A stretch of DNA of 64,000 nt from Saccostrea cucullata (Eukaryota): NCBI RefSeq assembly GCF_032062105.1, contig NW_026934500.1, positions 310,001 through 374,000 of the forward strand. The letters run 5' to 3'. How positions within the stretch are numbered: the stretch's first letter is position 1; every line of letters starts with the position of its first letter. Position numbers and translations under genes: made by a program. The notes beneath the pieces were generated by a model, which ran no database searches, was not told where the DNA came from, and worked only from the letters and a program-made list of their open reading frames with translations. This document shows positions 37,740 through 52,700 of this stretch, in pieces.

Positions 37740-40700
37740 ATGTCTCTAGGAAAAAGTGAAATTATAAGATGTCTAAGGATCCTTATTATGTGGAGGACAG
37801 TTTTCATAGCATTTTTGCTGCCACTGTTTTTGTTACCAATAGCATTGTCAGACAGTAAGGTAAGTGTACTTTATTTCAGCATTAGAAGTTTCTCCCTTTT
37901 TTATTGATCAATATTTTTCAAAGGATAAACTTTACTGATAACAAGGTAAGTAAAAAGATGAAAATCATAATATTGCTGTGGTTCTTAATGTCATTAAGCC
38001 TGTCTCGGATAGATTTAAAGTCGTATTGTCATATTTTAAAAATGTAATAGATCGGTTTCTTGCCTTACTTATTAACAAATCTTAATCCTTTTACATCAAC
38101 GCTTTGCTGTTTTGCACCTGGAAGTCAATCTAAATAAACATATGCAAGTTTTGGCACTAGTGTCGGACACAGCTTGTAAATCAATTGTTCCTAAGCAAAA
38201 CATATCTCCAAAATCTTATAATTAAAAAGATATTAGTTAAAATTTCTCTTATCTTTTTTGTATTGAGTGTTATGTGTAAATAAAAAATCAAAATAAAGTT
38301 CTTGACAGCATTAAGTCATTTAAATATATAAAGATATATATAATCTAAACGATACTAGCTTCCTTATTGAACATCATCAACCTAATTTAATAAAATGTAA
38401 AGCATGATTGTTATAAAGTAAATCTATGTCAGTAATGAAGTGCCGACTGTGGTTTCCCCCTACAATTTTTACGTTGTAAGATATAGGCTGCAGGAAGTTT
38501 AGCTCTTTGTGGGTTGTTTTTATGTTCACTTTCCTACATGGTTTCTTTATTAACAATAAAATATTTGCGGTAAATTGGAAGCTTCCGCACCTCTAAATAA
38601 AGAGGACAACGCTTTATTTAGGTAGATAAAGCTATACAACTTTACTGTTAGTCTGAATAGTTTTTATAATGATTAATTAACTAAAGATACTAGATCTAGA
38701 AGAAGTATATTATAAATTTGTACATTTGAAGATACTGATATGCATGTACATACATATATTCATTATTTAGATAAATTTGCAGGAAAGTATACCCCTCTTT
38801 ATGAATTATTAATTAAAGTTTTTATCTAAAAACAACATGAACAGCGTAAGCTTTTAATTGCATCAGGTGATATAAAAACTTGTTTGATATGATAAAGACT
38901 ATACATGTAGTCTGTTTTCATTCAAGTTCATCTATTCCAATATTCTGTGTAAATGAAAAATGTTCATACACATGCATTCCCCTTTCCAAGCACATACAGC
39001 TTTTGAATATGCGAGGATCAGACAGATCATGGTTTCACTTTTGTCTGGTTATTGTTTAAGACAATTACATATAGCAAGGAAAAGAGATGCGGTCAAGCTA
39101 AGTTCAGTAAGATTATTGTGAAACATATAACAATGGAATCACCCATTTTCACCATAGGTTCGAGCGAAGGCAGACGTAAAATTTTGTCAATACTTCAAGT
39201 TATCGTCTGCATTTGTGCATTTGTGTATGTTTCACTCGTGATTAACAGAGGATAAAGTTGAATTAAGGCAACACGTGTAAACAAATAAAACACCCTTTTA
39301 TCCATTTAGTAGAAACCACTCGATCCCGTCTCTGTTGATATTTTGAAAACGTGTATTCCTGTATTGCATCACGTAGTCAGTGAACATTTCAAATAATGTC
39401 AAATAATCAATTGTCTCATAAGTATTTAAAAATTTATCGAATGTTTTGTACTTAAAAGAACTTTTCCTACCTTCGCATCCCACATTTAAATTCCTTTACA
39501 CATAAATTATTTAGAACTGTTATTAAGGAGTGACTTGAGACTTGTACTGCAAAGGAGTGCATATGTGATAGATTTTTTTTAATTAGTAGGACGTATGCTA
39601 TGCAGACACAAATTAATCAATGTGTTTCGCAATGTTTCCCTAACGTTTACTGAAACCCAGCTGATCTTTAATAAAATTGGTGCACAGCAGGAGAAGAAAA
39701 GAATAAACGTAATACTACGTATAAATGATTAAAGAATTTATTTCAAATGAATATAGTGGGATTAGTAGTAACATTAACAAGTGTAATGAAATTATTGCAT
39801 TCTTGATATTGGTTACTAGTATCTGCAAAATCATTTGTTAAAAAACATTCTGATTGCACACACACAGAACTCTAAAGTTGATATGAAAAAGATGGTTGAA
39901 TTTCCGATTAAGGATATCTATTTAGTATTTGGAAATCTCAGGTCTTCCAACAATCTTTTGGAATTACCAATAGCAGACTGATGTTTTTGTACTCATGTGA
40001 AGCAGAATTTATTCTAAATTTTATACATGAGAAATAGAAAACGTATGCTCGACAATTGAATATATCAACGACCTATTATCAATGAATAATAGTTATTTCT
40101 ATTCCTATGTGGACACGATATATCCCACTGATCTTGAAATTAAAGAAACCACAGTGTCTGACACATCATCTGGATCATATTTGGATACGTTACTAGAGAA
40201 GACGTTAATGGTAATTAACCTCACAACGACTCTTTATGATAAATGTGATGACTTTTCAATCGCCAATCGTTACATAAGCAGCAATATGTCATTATCACCC
40301 GCATACAGGTTTTAACTCTCAGTTGATTCGATACTCAAAAGCATGCTCTACTTATGAACAATTTTTAAAATGAAATGAATCATTGACAAGAAAGTTGGAT
40401 GAAACAGAATATCAACTCTTTTAATTAAAGTCACTATTCTGCAGGTTCTATGGTCGATACAATGAGATAATCAATGATGACTTATTTTTACATTAGTTGT
40501 TAGGCAATTATTTACACTCTGAATTGTAGATAGATTTTTCCGTTATTTCCCGATCATGTCAAGGAGCACACGGTGGTTGTGAAGTCGGCAGGCGATGCTC
40601 ACCCCTCCATGGCACCTGATCCCACCTCTTATATGTTTAGTTGCCCGTGTTTGCTCTGTTCATGATTTATACTGTTTGAATGGACTTTTGAGCTTGAAGA

Positions 40701-43700
40701 CTGTAGGCTAGTTTTTTTTACATATATATTTCATGTAATTCATAGCAATAAGATTTCTCCAGCCATGACATTACAAGAGCAACTAAACTGAATCTTTAAA
40801 AGAAGAAAATGCCTCATCTCTGAGCAGTAGATATTAAATTCATTATTTTTAAAATGTTACAAAGAAATACCAATATCTGGGACCCTCTACATCTTTCAAA
40901 ATACCAAAGTGTCATTTCTATGTTTAAAAAAAAAACAGCATTTATGGGAAAATATATATTTTTGCAATATTGAAGCATTTTTGAGAGAGTAATCTCCTAC
41001 CACACACTTTTAAGGGGTATATTTAGAAAAAAATCTAAAATTTAAAAAAAAAAAAAAGCTGCACTTTCTTAGAACCTACTTCGTTCCTATCAAGCAATAA
41101 AATACATAATTACCAGCCAATTAACTGCAAGACGTTCTTACCGTGAGCCAGGAATTTATACCAATATGCAAATTTTTACAACAAATAAAATTGAGGTAAG
41201 AACTCGTTTAAATTCGTTTCATATGCGCAAAAGATACAAATAAAGAGGCATTAGCTAAATTATGAGTATGATTGATGAAAACTCTCCAAGATAAAATATT
41301 TGATTTCGATTTCAATAGACAAGGGAAAGTGAGAAAACCCTGAATAAACTTGAGATATCAAAGGCATGATAATTGATCAGAACCAATGTCACAACTAAGT
41401 TCTTTCTGAGTTGTCACCATTATCAGAGCTACCAGAGGGTATTCTTAAAAAATTTCTCACTTTCAGAAAGCATCAATTAAAATATCAATGATATAGGAGC
41501 TCTTAATGTAATAATAAATATGGCGGTGTCCAAGTTTTCGTACTGGAAACATCAGCTTCTATCTGATCGAAATAATAGCTCTTTTGAATAAAAATTCCGT
41601 GAAAACGTTAATAAATTTGATTCATTGCGGGTACATAAGACTTGGTACCCCCAAGTGTAGCAGAGATAGGCCTACGAATAAATTTGGATGTATTCGCTTT
41701 AACAAAAGAATTGACCTGTAGGGGAGAATAATTTCCCGGAAAAAGTGACATTTAAAAATCAATCTTTATTTGTTGTTTTCTACCGTACATATGTCTAAAT
41801 TTTTTGAAATTTGTATTTTATACCTAAAATTTATTATTTACAACTTTACAAGAAACCTCCAAAGTTGATCGAAACACCATTTTGTCCTTTAAAGCGTTGA
41901 TTTTTGCATGAATTTTGGCCTTGAAGTCCATCAGGGCAGGCCTGCCCCTAAATAAAATTGTGATATTTTGATAGGTTAGGATGTAAGGAATAATTTAAGA
42001 TAAGATTTTTTTAGGGGCACCCTTGCCCTTGGGTCGAAATTCACAAAAAACCTACAAAAAATATCGAAACCAGATTTTCATAATCTGCTTTAAATTTATG
42101 CCATTCATTCTTATAGTCAGACTAGCTCAGTTAATATATACGCTGTCTTTTATACTTTGGATACTCTCTTTTTAAAGTCGGGGGGTTCGAATCCACCTGG
42201 TACAACACTTATATGGCCGGTTGCGTATCTATGGTTCAGATAAGTACAGCTCAGTGGTTGATCCGTGGATCACGTAAGCCGGGTTTAAACCCCATTTGAG
42301 TAGGGATTACCTGAGTCGCATTTCTGTTGCAAGCTATAAAACTGAGTAAAGTTTACCTAATCTTGACTTATTCACATAAAATGTTGAAGGATAATAGGTT
42401 TCCTAATATTGTCGCATATCTGCGGTGATTTTCATTGATCTTTCTGTGGTGATACATCCCATATCACATATGCGATAATACTTTCCACGCCCCTTTATAT
42501 ATCACTGCAGGAGGCAGAAATCAGGTCATGAGCAAAAAAAACTTATTTTATTTCACAAGTTCAAAACTACAGAAAAATGAACATGTTTAGCTATTTCTTA
42601 ACCTTAACTAAATTAAAATACCCGGTACATGTATTTAACTCAGTTGAAAGTTCCCAGTCGCTCAAAAGATCAATCCATTTTGAAAGTTACGGTAAAATAT
42701 CCAAACTTTATAGAGTTCAACTCCTTGATACTTGTTTATGTGATTTCATATTTGTCGAGAGCCTGGCTAAAATGTAAATCATCAAAATCTTCCCACCCAG
42801 TTAAAAAGTCAAAGTCGAATTCACTAAAAACTCCCGACATATTGGAGAGCTAGCTTGAAATAAATCTTCAGTTCAAGACACACCTGAATATTCTTTTTAT
42901 TGAATTTTGACACTCTCAATGAAATTTACGTCATCAGACATGCGACAAGTTGCTTACATCATAGATGCTCCGCGCCCTCGATTTCCACGCCCCATGAAAA
43001 CGATATAATCAATACTACTCGGCTTCTATGATGTAACCTATACTTACAGCACTTCAAAACAAGTTTTAATACTAGTAACAGGTTGAAAATTAAAAGGATA
43101 TATTTAAGGAATAACTGTCTTATTTTTCGAATTCATGAAGTGATCAATGGATTGGCTTGTGTGATAATTTGCATAAACGCCGAAGGCGTTTATGCATAAA
43201 ATTATCACACAAGCCAATCCATTGATCATCTTCATGAATTCGAAAAATAAGACAGTTATTCCTTATATTTACATGCTTTGATTCCGCCAATCCACGGGCT
43301 CCAAGCCTGCTTCTCTCTAGGTGTTGTCCCGCCCTGCACGTGGTTTTTTTGGAACCGCGCCTAAACATTCATGAGGAAATCAATTACATTTACAATTGGT
43401 AATTTTATCTCGGGAAAAGACATTGGAAATGTAAATATTTAAAAACAAAGATATACATTGATGTTAAATTGTAAATTAAAAATGTCAAAATGCAATGCAA
43501 TTTAGTTCAAATCACGGCAGCTATCATCGAAACTCAAGCCATAAGAAAATTTAAAATCGCAAGCAAAGTAATCCTTTTGCAAAAGACTGAAGAGAAGAAA
43601 ACAGGGGTGGGGGGTCTTTGGAATACTAGTAAGTAATTTAGAAACAATATAAAAACATAATATATAAGTAAATAATCAAGAAACAATGTATAAATTAAGA

Positions 43701-46700
43701 TTTTTAGTTTAAAATAAAGTGAAAAAACTTATAAGACATTATTTATGAGAAAACACTTATTATCTATGTTTTGTAGGTAATTTTATACAGCGGCAAAATT
43801 ATAGGAGACGAACATGCCCTCCCTCCCTCCGGTCCGGTTCTTACGGTCATGTAGATAGCCTGATTAATTAATCAGATAACTGAAAGACTTTTTATCCCTA
43901 GGAAATTATGCATTATTAGAAATAATTGGAATATGTATCATCAGCTGTTCGACAGTGTAAAATTCGTAATTTGATTTAAATTTGGTATATAAGAGGGTTT
44001 CTAAAAAATTCCTGTTTATGTACATTTATGTATTTAAAAAGTATCTTCCAAAACTTTATACTACAGCTACATCAGTGTTAAAACGGCACACTGAACAGCT
44101 GTTGATGAGTTGTGCAAAAAAGAAAAATCCCCATGCTATATGGCCAAAAAAAATCTTGTAGAGTAGCTTTTATAATACTGCAAAATCTATCAATGCAATC
44201 ATCATTACCATAAAACATTTCTGAAACATCGAAATATTTCAAAATATCGAAATATTCTACCCAAAAATACATGAAAACGTTATAAAGCTGGGTTTAAACC
44301 ACCCCTACACCAGGTTCAGAATTTACCGTAATTCGGAGCCGTACTCAGCCAATCCTTACATGCGTGCAACGCGAAAACTTGGATTTAAACCCGGAATCAT
44401 TGATCGTAGGTTTAAATCTGAGATACGCAACCGGCCAATAAAGTTTTAAATTTCGCCTTTTCAAAGACTATTTTAATTTATTTTTATAGACTTGTGTATT
44501 TTTCTTTCAATTTTCTATCCCTTATGCATGCCCATTCTTGATATAAGAAACACTAAAGAGATATCAAATCGTAGCAATCCAATGTACAGTTGTCAGTCAG
44601 GTGGAACGAACCTCAGCATAAGCACACTTTCTCCGAGGACAAGAATAACTCACTGTGTGTTACTCAATACGGGTATTCTTGGCAGCATTGAGCTGCGATG
44701 AATTTCAATGTATATATTCCTTAGAATATAATCACATTGATTTTGGCTACATATTTCAGTAAAGGTATCACACCGGTAATTGTTTTCACTATATAATTCT
44801 ATATAGAATAAAAAATCGTTAAAAATCAGGTATTTGTTTACATGAAAAAATATTTAGCAGGAGGTGTTAAACATTACCTGTCACATTAGCTGACACCAAA
44901 AAACAGGGTACCCACACGGCATTTTCGGACTTTTTCCATCTGCAAACAGGGCTACCCTCAAATCCACGTGTTTTCACTGTGTTTATAAACACCTCGAGTG
45001 CACTTCAGGAAGTAGCCTCCTATGCCATGAAAAAAATAGTTCCTGTCAAAAACCTTTATTTATTCACAAAGTACATAAATTTTACTTGGCACAGGTACCA
45101 AAGTTGTAAAAATGGCATGAAAGAAAATAGAAAAACGTCTCAAAAGAAAAGAAAATCAGTTTTATATATATGGACCTACATTAGACTAAGTTCATTTTGA
45201 TTGGTAAATTACCGGTGTGATACCTTGAAGGACCTTTGAAGGTGTTCGATTTTTTCCATTTTTGCACCTGAGATTCATTAAATAATTGTCCCCAACATCC
45301 TTAAGTCTGGTGATCTAAATCCCCTTATTTCTGAAGATATGAAGCATTTATCTCCCTTACTCCAGAGCAGTCAAGAATAACACACAGAGCACTTTGGAAG
45401 CAGTTTTTTGTGCATCTTTTGAAGCAGAATTTCATCATTAAAAGAATAAGCTTGGCAACCAATTTTTTATCTGTGGAGAGTATATGCTTTGTTCTTCACC
45501 ACAAACAGAAAAAAGTTTACAAGTCTAAGACCATTATGTAATTATTACACAACAAAGTTGCATTTTCCCCTTCAAAGAATGAACAAAAATACAGAATTTG
45601 TTAAATACTGGGTTGATAATGAAAACTGTATCTGGTCAATTTATGTTCCAAATAAAGCCTAGGTATGTGTCTACAAGCTGCTGTGCAGAAGTTTATCTAA
45701 ATGCTGTGTTGTAACTCAGGGCAGTCAAAATGATATCAGCATCTAGGGAGGTTCTTCACAGCTCCCACACTCCATTAAACAGGCTTTGATGATAAGAAAC
45801 TGGAGACAACAATTCAGATGTAATTTATTGTTGTGATTTATGCAACTGGCTTTCTCTTAAGACACAAATTAGCCATGAAATTTCAATTTAACATGCATAA
45901 TTATTCTCTTTTCATGGATTTACTCAGGAATTCCAAAGGTTTTTAATGAATTTCCATGATTTATGCAAGATTACATCTTTTTGTTTCAACAAATTTACAT
46001 AAAGAAGTAAACATTTAAATTTTAAAATATAAATATTAAACATTTTTATGAGTTTGAACACTTTTCTATGTGACAAAATGCATCACAGAGACCAGATTCA
46101 GGACATCCTCCATGATTCTTTGAGGTGGGTGGGTGTACAAAAACTGCTGATAAAATTTATAGGAAGTGATCTGAGAAGAAAGGTACACCTTATTAGCTGA
46201 ATTATAGTTATTCTGATATTTTAATTATGTAAATATGCCAAATTTCTTCATCAGTTAAATTTGGAATTTATTAATATTTCAGTACAATGATATACTTAAT
46301 AGATCATGTTCATATAAGCATCACTGACTGAGACTTGATTCAAAAGTGACAGTCAACACTTACATATAAATGAAAAAATAACAAAAAACAGTCTCCGACA
46401 AACTGAAAAAACATGAATGTCAGCTGCAAAAGCATGAATAAAGTCCTAAGAACCACAAGAGGCATGCCATGGTGCTAAGTGACATTCTGCACTACATGTA
46501 TGATGCATGGTTAGAACTCAGAATAAGTGTTATCATGCAGACCCTGACAGTATTTCAGGATTTTTTGGTCATAACCTTCCTTACTGTGAAAAATTCTTAA
46601 TGAATTTTACTTATGTAGCTTATGTATTAAGTTTATTAGACAGATCTGACTCATTTCATTATTTCTGTTCTTCCAATGCAGTAATATATGTATCACTGGA

Positions 46701-49700
46701 GGTCTGAATAAATTAAAATAAATCATGTGTCTGTAGAAATTATCATTCTGTGAGAACATATTTTACTTGTTTACATTTTATCGCAGTTGTCGCTTGTGCT
46801 AAAAATTCATTCGCAAACCTAGAATTAGTCTATTCTTGAAAAATCAGCTTTAACACCCTTAACCGCAAAGTCTGTAGACACTATAATTGACTGCGGTCAG
46901 CTGGTGCAAATAATGTTAAGTCATATAAAATGAAAAAACAATATTCTCTGACTTCTATCCACATTTTAGATGCATAATGCTACCTTTTTAGTCATATTTT
47001 AAAGTATTGAGTGTAAAAAATAGCCTATTGTTAATTTTTACACAGAAATCTGTGAAAAATAATGTAAATTCTAATTCTAATTTTAAAATTGTGTGTTTTC
47101 AAACAAAAAGTTAATAAAATCACATCTTTTGTTGAAATATGCCTTTTAAAAATGAAAAATGTCTTAAATAAGGGTTAAAATGATTTTTCATAATCACCTT
47201 CAAGGTATCACACCGGTAATTGTTTTCACTATATAATTCTATATAGAATAAAAAATCGTTAAAAATCAGGTATTTGTTTACATGAAAAAATATTTAGCAG
47301 GAGGTGTTAAACATTACCTGTCACATTAGCTGACACCAAAAAACAGGGTACCCACACGGCATTTTCGGACTTTTTCCATCTGCAAACAGGGCTACCCTCA
47401 AATCCACGTGTTTTCACTGTGTTTATAAACACCTCGAGTGCACTACAGGAAGTAGCCTCCTATGCCATGAAAAAAAATAGTTCCTGTCAAAAACCTTTAT
47501 TTATTCACAAAGTACATAAATTTTACTTGGCACAGGTACCAAAGTTGTAAAAATGGCATGAAAGAAAATAGAAAAACGTCTCAAAAGAAAAGAAAATCAG
47601 TTTTATATATATGGACCTACATTAGACTAAGTTCATTTTGACTGGTAAATTACCGGTGTGATACCTTGAAATGGACTCTCTTGGATTTCATTTAGGCCTT
47701 TATAATTTGCACACATTAATGACAAGTTTTTATTATATCCACGGATAAATAGCCTAGACATAAAGAATAGAATTTCAGCATTGTTCAGAGACAGTAGACA
47801 TTACTTTTATGCACAATGAGAAGTAAAGACACATATCAATTATTACATTTGGAGATAACAAACTCAGAAATTCAATAAAAAGGGTTCCTCCTATCTCTCC
47901 TCACTGAAATAAAGATTTAGGAAAAACAAATTATTATATTATTCAGCCTAATGTCAATAATCAGAACGGATATCGACAAGCTTTTTGTAGAGAATAAAAC
48001 CAAGCCCGGTCAGATCCCTATTTATAATGAAGTGATCCTTAGGCACACGAAAGATGTACGAACACACCTATTACTATATTTCACCATATTATCTAGCGGG
48101 ATATATAAACAAAATATGTACAATGAAAAAGTAACAAAATGCACAATTGCGTTTAATTTTTTTATTTTATATGATAAGATTTTTACAAATCTATATCGTC
48201 ACTTGATGAACACTGTAAAACTTTTAATGTATCTGATTTCCTTATGCTTAGTTTTTGTTTCTAGGTGGCACGAGCAGCCTACGGTGTTTTGATCATTGGT
48301 ATATTCTGGGTATTTGAAGTGCTACCATTGGCAGTAACATCTTTACTTCCAGTACTTATATTCCCATTACTCGGGGTCGCCAAAGTTAGTGTAGTATGTT
48401 CAAGTTACTTCAAGGTAGGTAAATGCATGCATAAATTTTCATATGATAGTAGTTGTATTTACATGCGAAAAAAAATATATTAATGTAGGAAAACGAAGAA
48501 AGGAAACACAAACAATTTGTGTCCAGCAGAAGAAAGTACAGTTTAATTAAAGTCTTCATATCCAAACCTTAGGAATTCAAATAAAAAGAAATCAAAATCT
48601 TTATACACAATAAATATGTACAGGTAGTACATAGTTGAGAAGTTTTTTAATGAGTCCCTAGACATTGTACAATTCATTTACTTGTTTGAAAAAAAAAATG
48701 CCATAATTCATCACATTTATCAAAGAATTACTAGAATAAAAAAAATAGTCAAAAAAAAAAAATCAAGGTAGTCACCTATAAAAGATAAACTTTTCACGTG
48801 ATTTGAGCGTGCATTGGAAAACTTAGTATTGTTTTGTCAAGGGTACCTCCTTATAATCAGGGACCTTTTAAAAGGAACAAGGAAGACAACATATAATGGC
48901 AAAAACGTTATAAATTTTACTTTTTTCCCATTTGCAGAATTTTTTAGTTTCCTCTTACTATTCAAATATCCAATCAAATCATTTGATGGAGAATACATTT
49001 TTTTCAGTATTGAAAGATAAAAATTTCCTGAAAGGATTTCGGTTCTTTTGGTGTTTTATTTATAGTTTCAAAAATATCTTGATATGTTATGATATTAAAT
49101 TTCTTTCCACCCTAAGTATATATTTTTTGGTATCTAGGACACGTTGATGCTGTTCCTGGGAAGTCTTATAGTGGCCGTGGCAGTGGAGAAATGGAATCTT
49201 CACAAAAGAATCGCTTTACGCGCTCTGACACTCGTCGGTCCAAATCCAAGATGGTAACCAAGATTGTTTTAGATCAGCTGAATCACAAACCATCAGTTGT
49301 TTGAATAAACATTTTCACACTTTCGTCTTATGCGGCCTATTTGAATCAAACTTGGCTCAAATACTTTTGCATTGTAGACATGTTCCTCCTTGCTAAACTA
49401 TGTAGAAATTGAAGTAATTTTCCTTAAGAAATTAGAATATATAGATGGGTTGATTTAAAATAACAAAGGACATATTTATAAATTTACATATAATATGCAT
49501 ACAATCACAAATTGTCTGAATAAAGAAATAACGCATAATTCAACATGGTTTTTATGAAACAAAATTTTTTTTTTCATAAAATCATTTAGGTATTAGCTAG
49601 ACTGTTGAAAATTGTACCCTTGATAACAAAACGCTATGACGTAATACTTAAATCCTTTCGGAATAAACGACACCATAAATCTGCTATTAACAAAGGAACT

Positions 49701-52700
49701 GCGTTGGCCAGTGGGATTTGTGGCTGTCGCGTTTGCCAACAAATGAATCTCACGTTTGAAATAATTGGACTATTACAGTATATCGACGTGCTAATCTACT
49801 TTTAGGAAATGTGCAAATGCTATAACCAGCACTTCAACAACTATCACCTATATTGATGTAACCTGAAATCCGTAAAAACACAAGATACATTCACTGAAAT
49901 CTACTGAATTCAAATATCTGTTTTAATAAAAATTGTGTCTTAAATTTCAAGGCTTGAAACTGATACAGTACATCATTTTGTGTTATTGAAAGTTTTGAAA
50001 GTTTTTGATGTGTTCGGGTTTTTGGGGGGTTAAATTATAGCATCCCCTTTCTATATAGGCTTATGTTGGGGATCATGTTGCCGTGCTGGTTCCTCTCCAT
50101 GTGGATGAGCAACACCGCAACCACCGCCATGATGGTGCCGATCCTCAACGCCATTCTCCACGTCATGAAGGAATCCATGACTGATGGTACTTATAATGAA
50201 AGCTAAAAATGGCTGGCTTTATTGTGTTTTTTTAAAAATAATAATTGAGTATGAAAAATTTCCAAGCATCAAAAAATGAATCGAATCATTATACATGCAG
50301 GAAACAAGATAATTGGCAAAAATTCCATTCCGTGAATTATTTACTGATTTTTCGACTGCTCATAACGTATTGTCATTGTGCATTATTGTAATTGTGGAGA
50401 TTAAATTTGAACGACTTAAAAATATCTTTTTAAAATTTTTACAGAACCCGCTGAGGAGACGGAGCTTGTAGAACAAGGAGTTAATAAAAGCATAGAGAAT
50501 GGAGAAGTAGTACATGTAGAAACTCTAGAGGGGGAGGAAGTCAGTATCAAACCCCGGGAGAGGGACGCGTAAGTATCAGGGGAAAAGGTTATAGAGTAAA
50601 CCACAGGGGGAAAGGTTATACAGTAATCCACAGGGAAAAAGGTTATACAGTAATCCACAGGGGAAAAGGTTATAGAGTAAAGCTCAGGGGGAAAGGTTAT
50701 ACAGTAATCCACAAGGGAAAAGGTTATAGAGTAAAGCTCAGGGGGAAAGGTTATACAGTAATCCACAGGGGAAAAGGTTATACAGTCAACTTAGTGATTA
50801 AAGGTTATAAAGTCAACCTCAGGGAAAAGGTTATACAGTACACCCCAGGGGGAAAGGTTATAAAGTACAATTCAGGGAAAAGTTTATACAGTCAACCACA
50901 GAAAAAGGGTTATACAATCAAATCCCAGGGGAAAAGGTTATACAGTCAATCTCAGGGAAGAAGGGAAAGGGTTATACAGTAGACCCCCAAACTTAAATAA
51001 TTCAACACAAGGAAAGGAATGTGTAAGTAAAATGGAAATATAATATAAAGTACCACCAAGGACAATACATAATATCTGGATTTAATACATAAAGACATTC
51101 AAATTGTCAAGATTTTACGTAAATCAAAATAACTATTTCTTAGAATGAACAAAATTCAAATGATATCAAAGTTGCTTTTTATTGATAAAATCATTTAAAT
51201 TTAAGCCGACGTATATATTGTCTTATTTAAAAAAGAATGTAATTTATTACTTGTAATTGAAAACAAAGTCATCATTTGACAGTAAATAAATACATGTATA
51301 CTGTGGTAAAGAAAGGCAAGCTCTTTTGTAAATTGACGCGATTATTAAAAAAATCGATACCAGACAAATTAAACCGTATTTCATTTATTTTTCTCAATAT
51401 GCCAAACCTGAAGAAAAAAAAAACCCTACTAAAAATCACGCATGGAAAGATTTATCGGTGTATTCTGCTATAAAATTAAGCCTTAAACATTTACACTACA
51501 CATAAGTAAATCACACAGGGTATTAGGAAATGATAAATACATTAGCCTTCTTGTGTCTGTCTGAGTAACAGTCCTTTGAGAAAATGACTAAGTTTGTCGT
51601 TGCTGTTTAGACCAAATCATAAAAAAAAATTGTCAGTATCTAGACAATTTATTTGCAGAATAAGGCAGGAAATCCTTCTATCATGATTTAGTAGACAACA
51701 TTAAGCAGAGGATGCTAGAATTATCCTCCCTGTTCTATATATAGGTTTTGATTTATTTTTTAGAGACAGCAGGGATATAGATCTCGAATCTAGTGCTCCA
51801 AACTTTTCACCAAACGACAAATTCATCCGTCTCACCAAGACGTTTGCCCTCTGCACAGCCTTTGCCGCCAATACTGGAGGAATGGCGACACTGACAGGGA
51901 CTCCTCCCAACATAATCCTCAAAACTATAGCCGACGAGTAAGTCTGGCAAAGTAGAAACAAACAAAAGAACTTCAATATTTTAAGTTTATTTTTCAGATT
52001 CTTTCTTTTATACTAATACTAGTAGTATAAAAGAAACAATCTGAAAAATTGAACAGTGGTTATTTGTCAAAACTTCTTCACTCCATATGTTGAAATTGGT
52101 TATCATTCATTAAAATACAGACAATACAAACAAACAAAAAATAGATGAATATTAATGAATTGGTATTTCTTGGTTTTAAGTAATGTGAATGCTAAACTTT
52201 AAGACATTGTAAACTTCATATGATGTTCAATAGTCTACCTATCTGTAACTATCCTTACTACTCTGAATTCTGACTTTATGTCTTCTTAAATCGCATTCTT
52301 GTGAAACTGAATGAAGAATTAAAAATTTATGACTGTACACTTATTTATTTAACTTGATACAAACATAAACCTTTTAGTCATGGTTTTTGATACAAGTTTG
52401 CATCATCTTAAAGGTTTCATTTTGATATCAAATCTGAAACCTTCCGAATCGTTATTAAGTAAGATTTTATCTGATTCAAACCTTGGTAGTGGAAATAAGT
52501 TTATTATCTTTTACTATAAGCATCTATCAGAAAAGAGGCATACCGGACTCTGGAATATCCTTCGCCAGTTGGTTGATCGTGGGCTTCCCTCTGTCTCTCA
52601 TTTGTCTGATCATATCCTGGATCTGGCTTCAAGTCTTCTATGCTGGTACTAGGTAAAAATTAAAACAATTAAAACCACATTTTAAAGACGAAAGCAATAA

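Noticed and set aside
42115-42205. tRNA-like A/B boxes (tagctcagtt...ggttcgaatcc)
   Set aside because: No complete cloverleaf; best read as a SINE head remnant.
46850-47180. Possible piggyBac-type MITE (ends gggttaa)
   Set aside because: The left TIR and TTAA site do not match convincingly.
50416-50982. Repeat-containing ORFs (DYCITFPP...)
   Set aside because: Translations of an intronic minisatellite.
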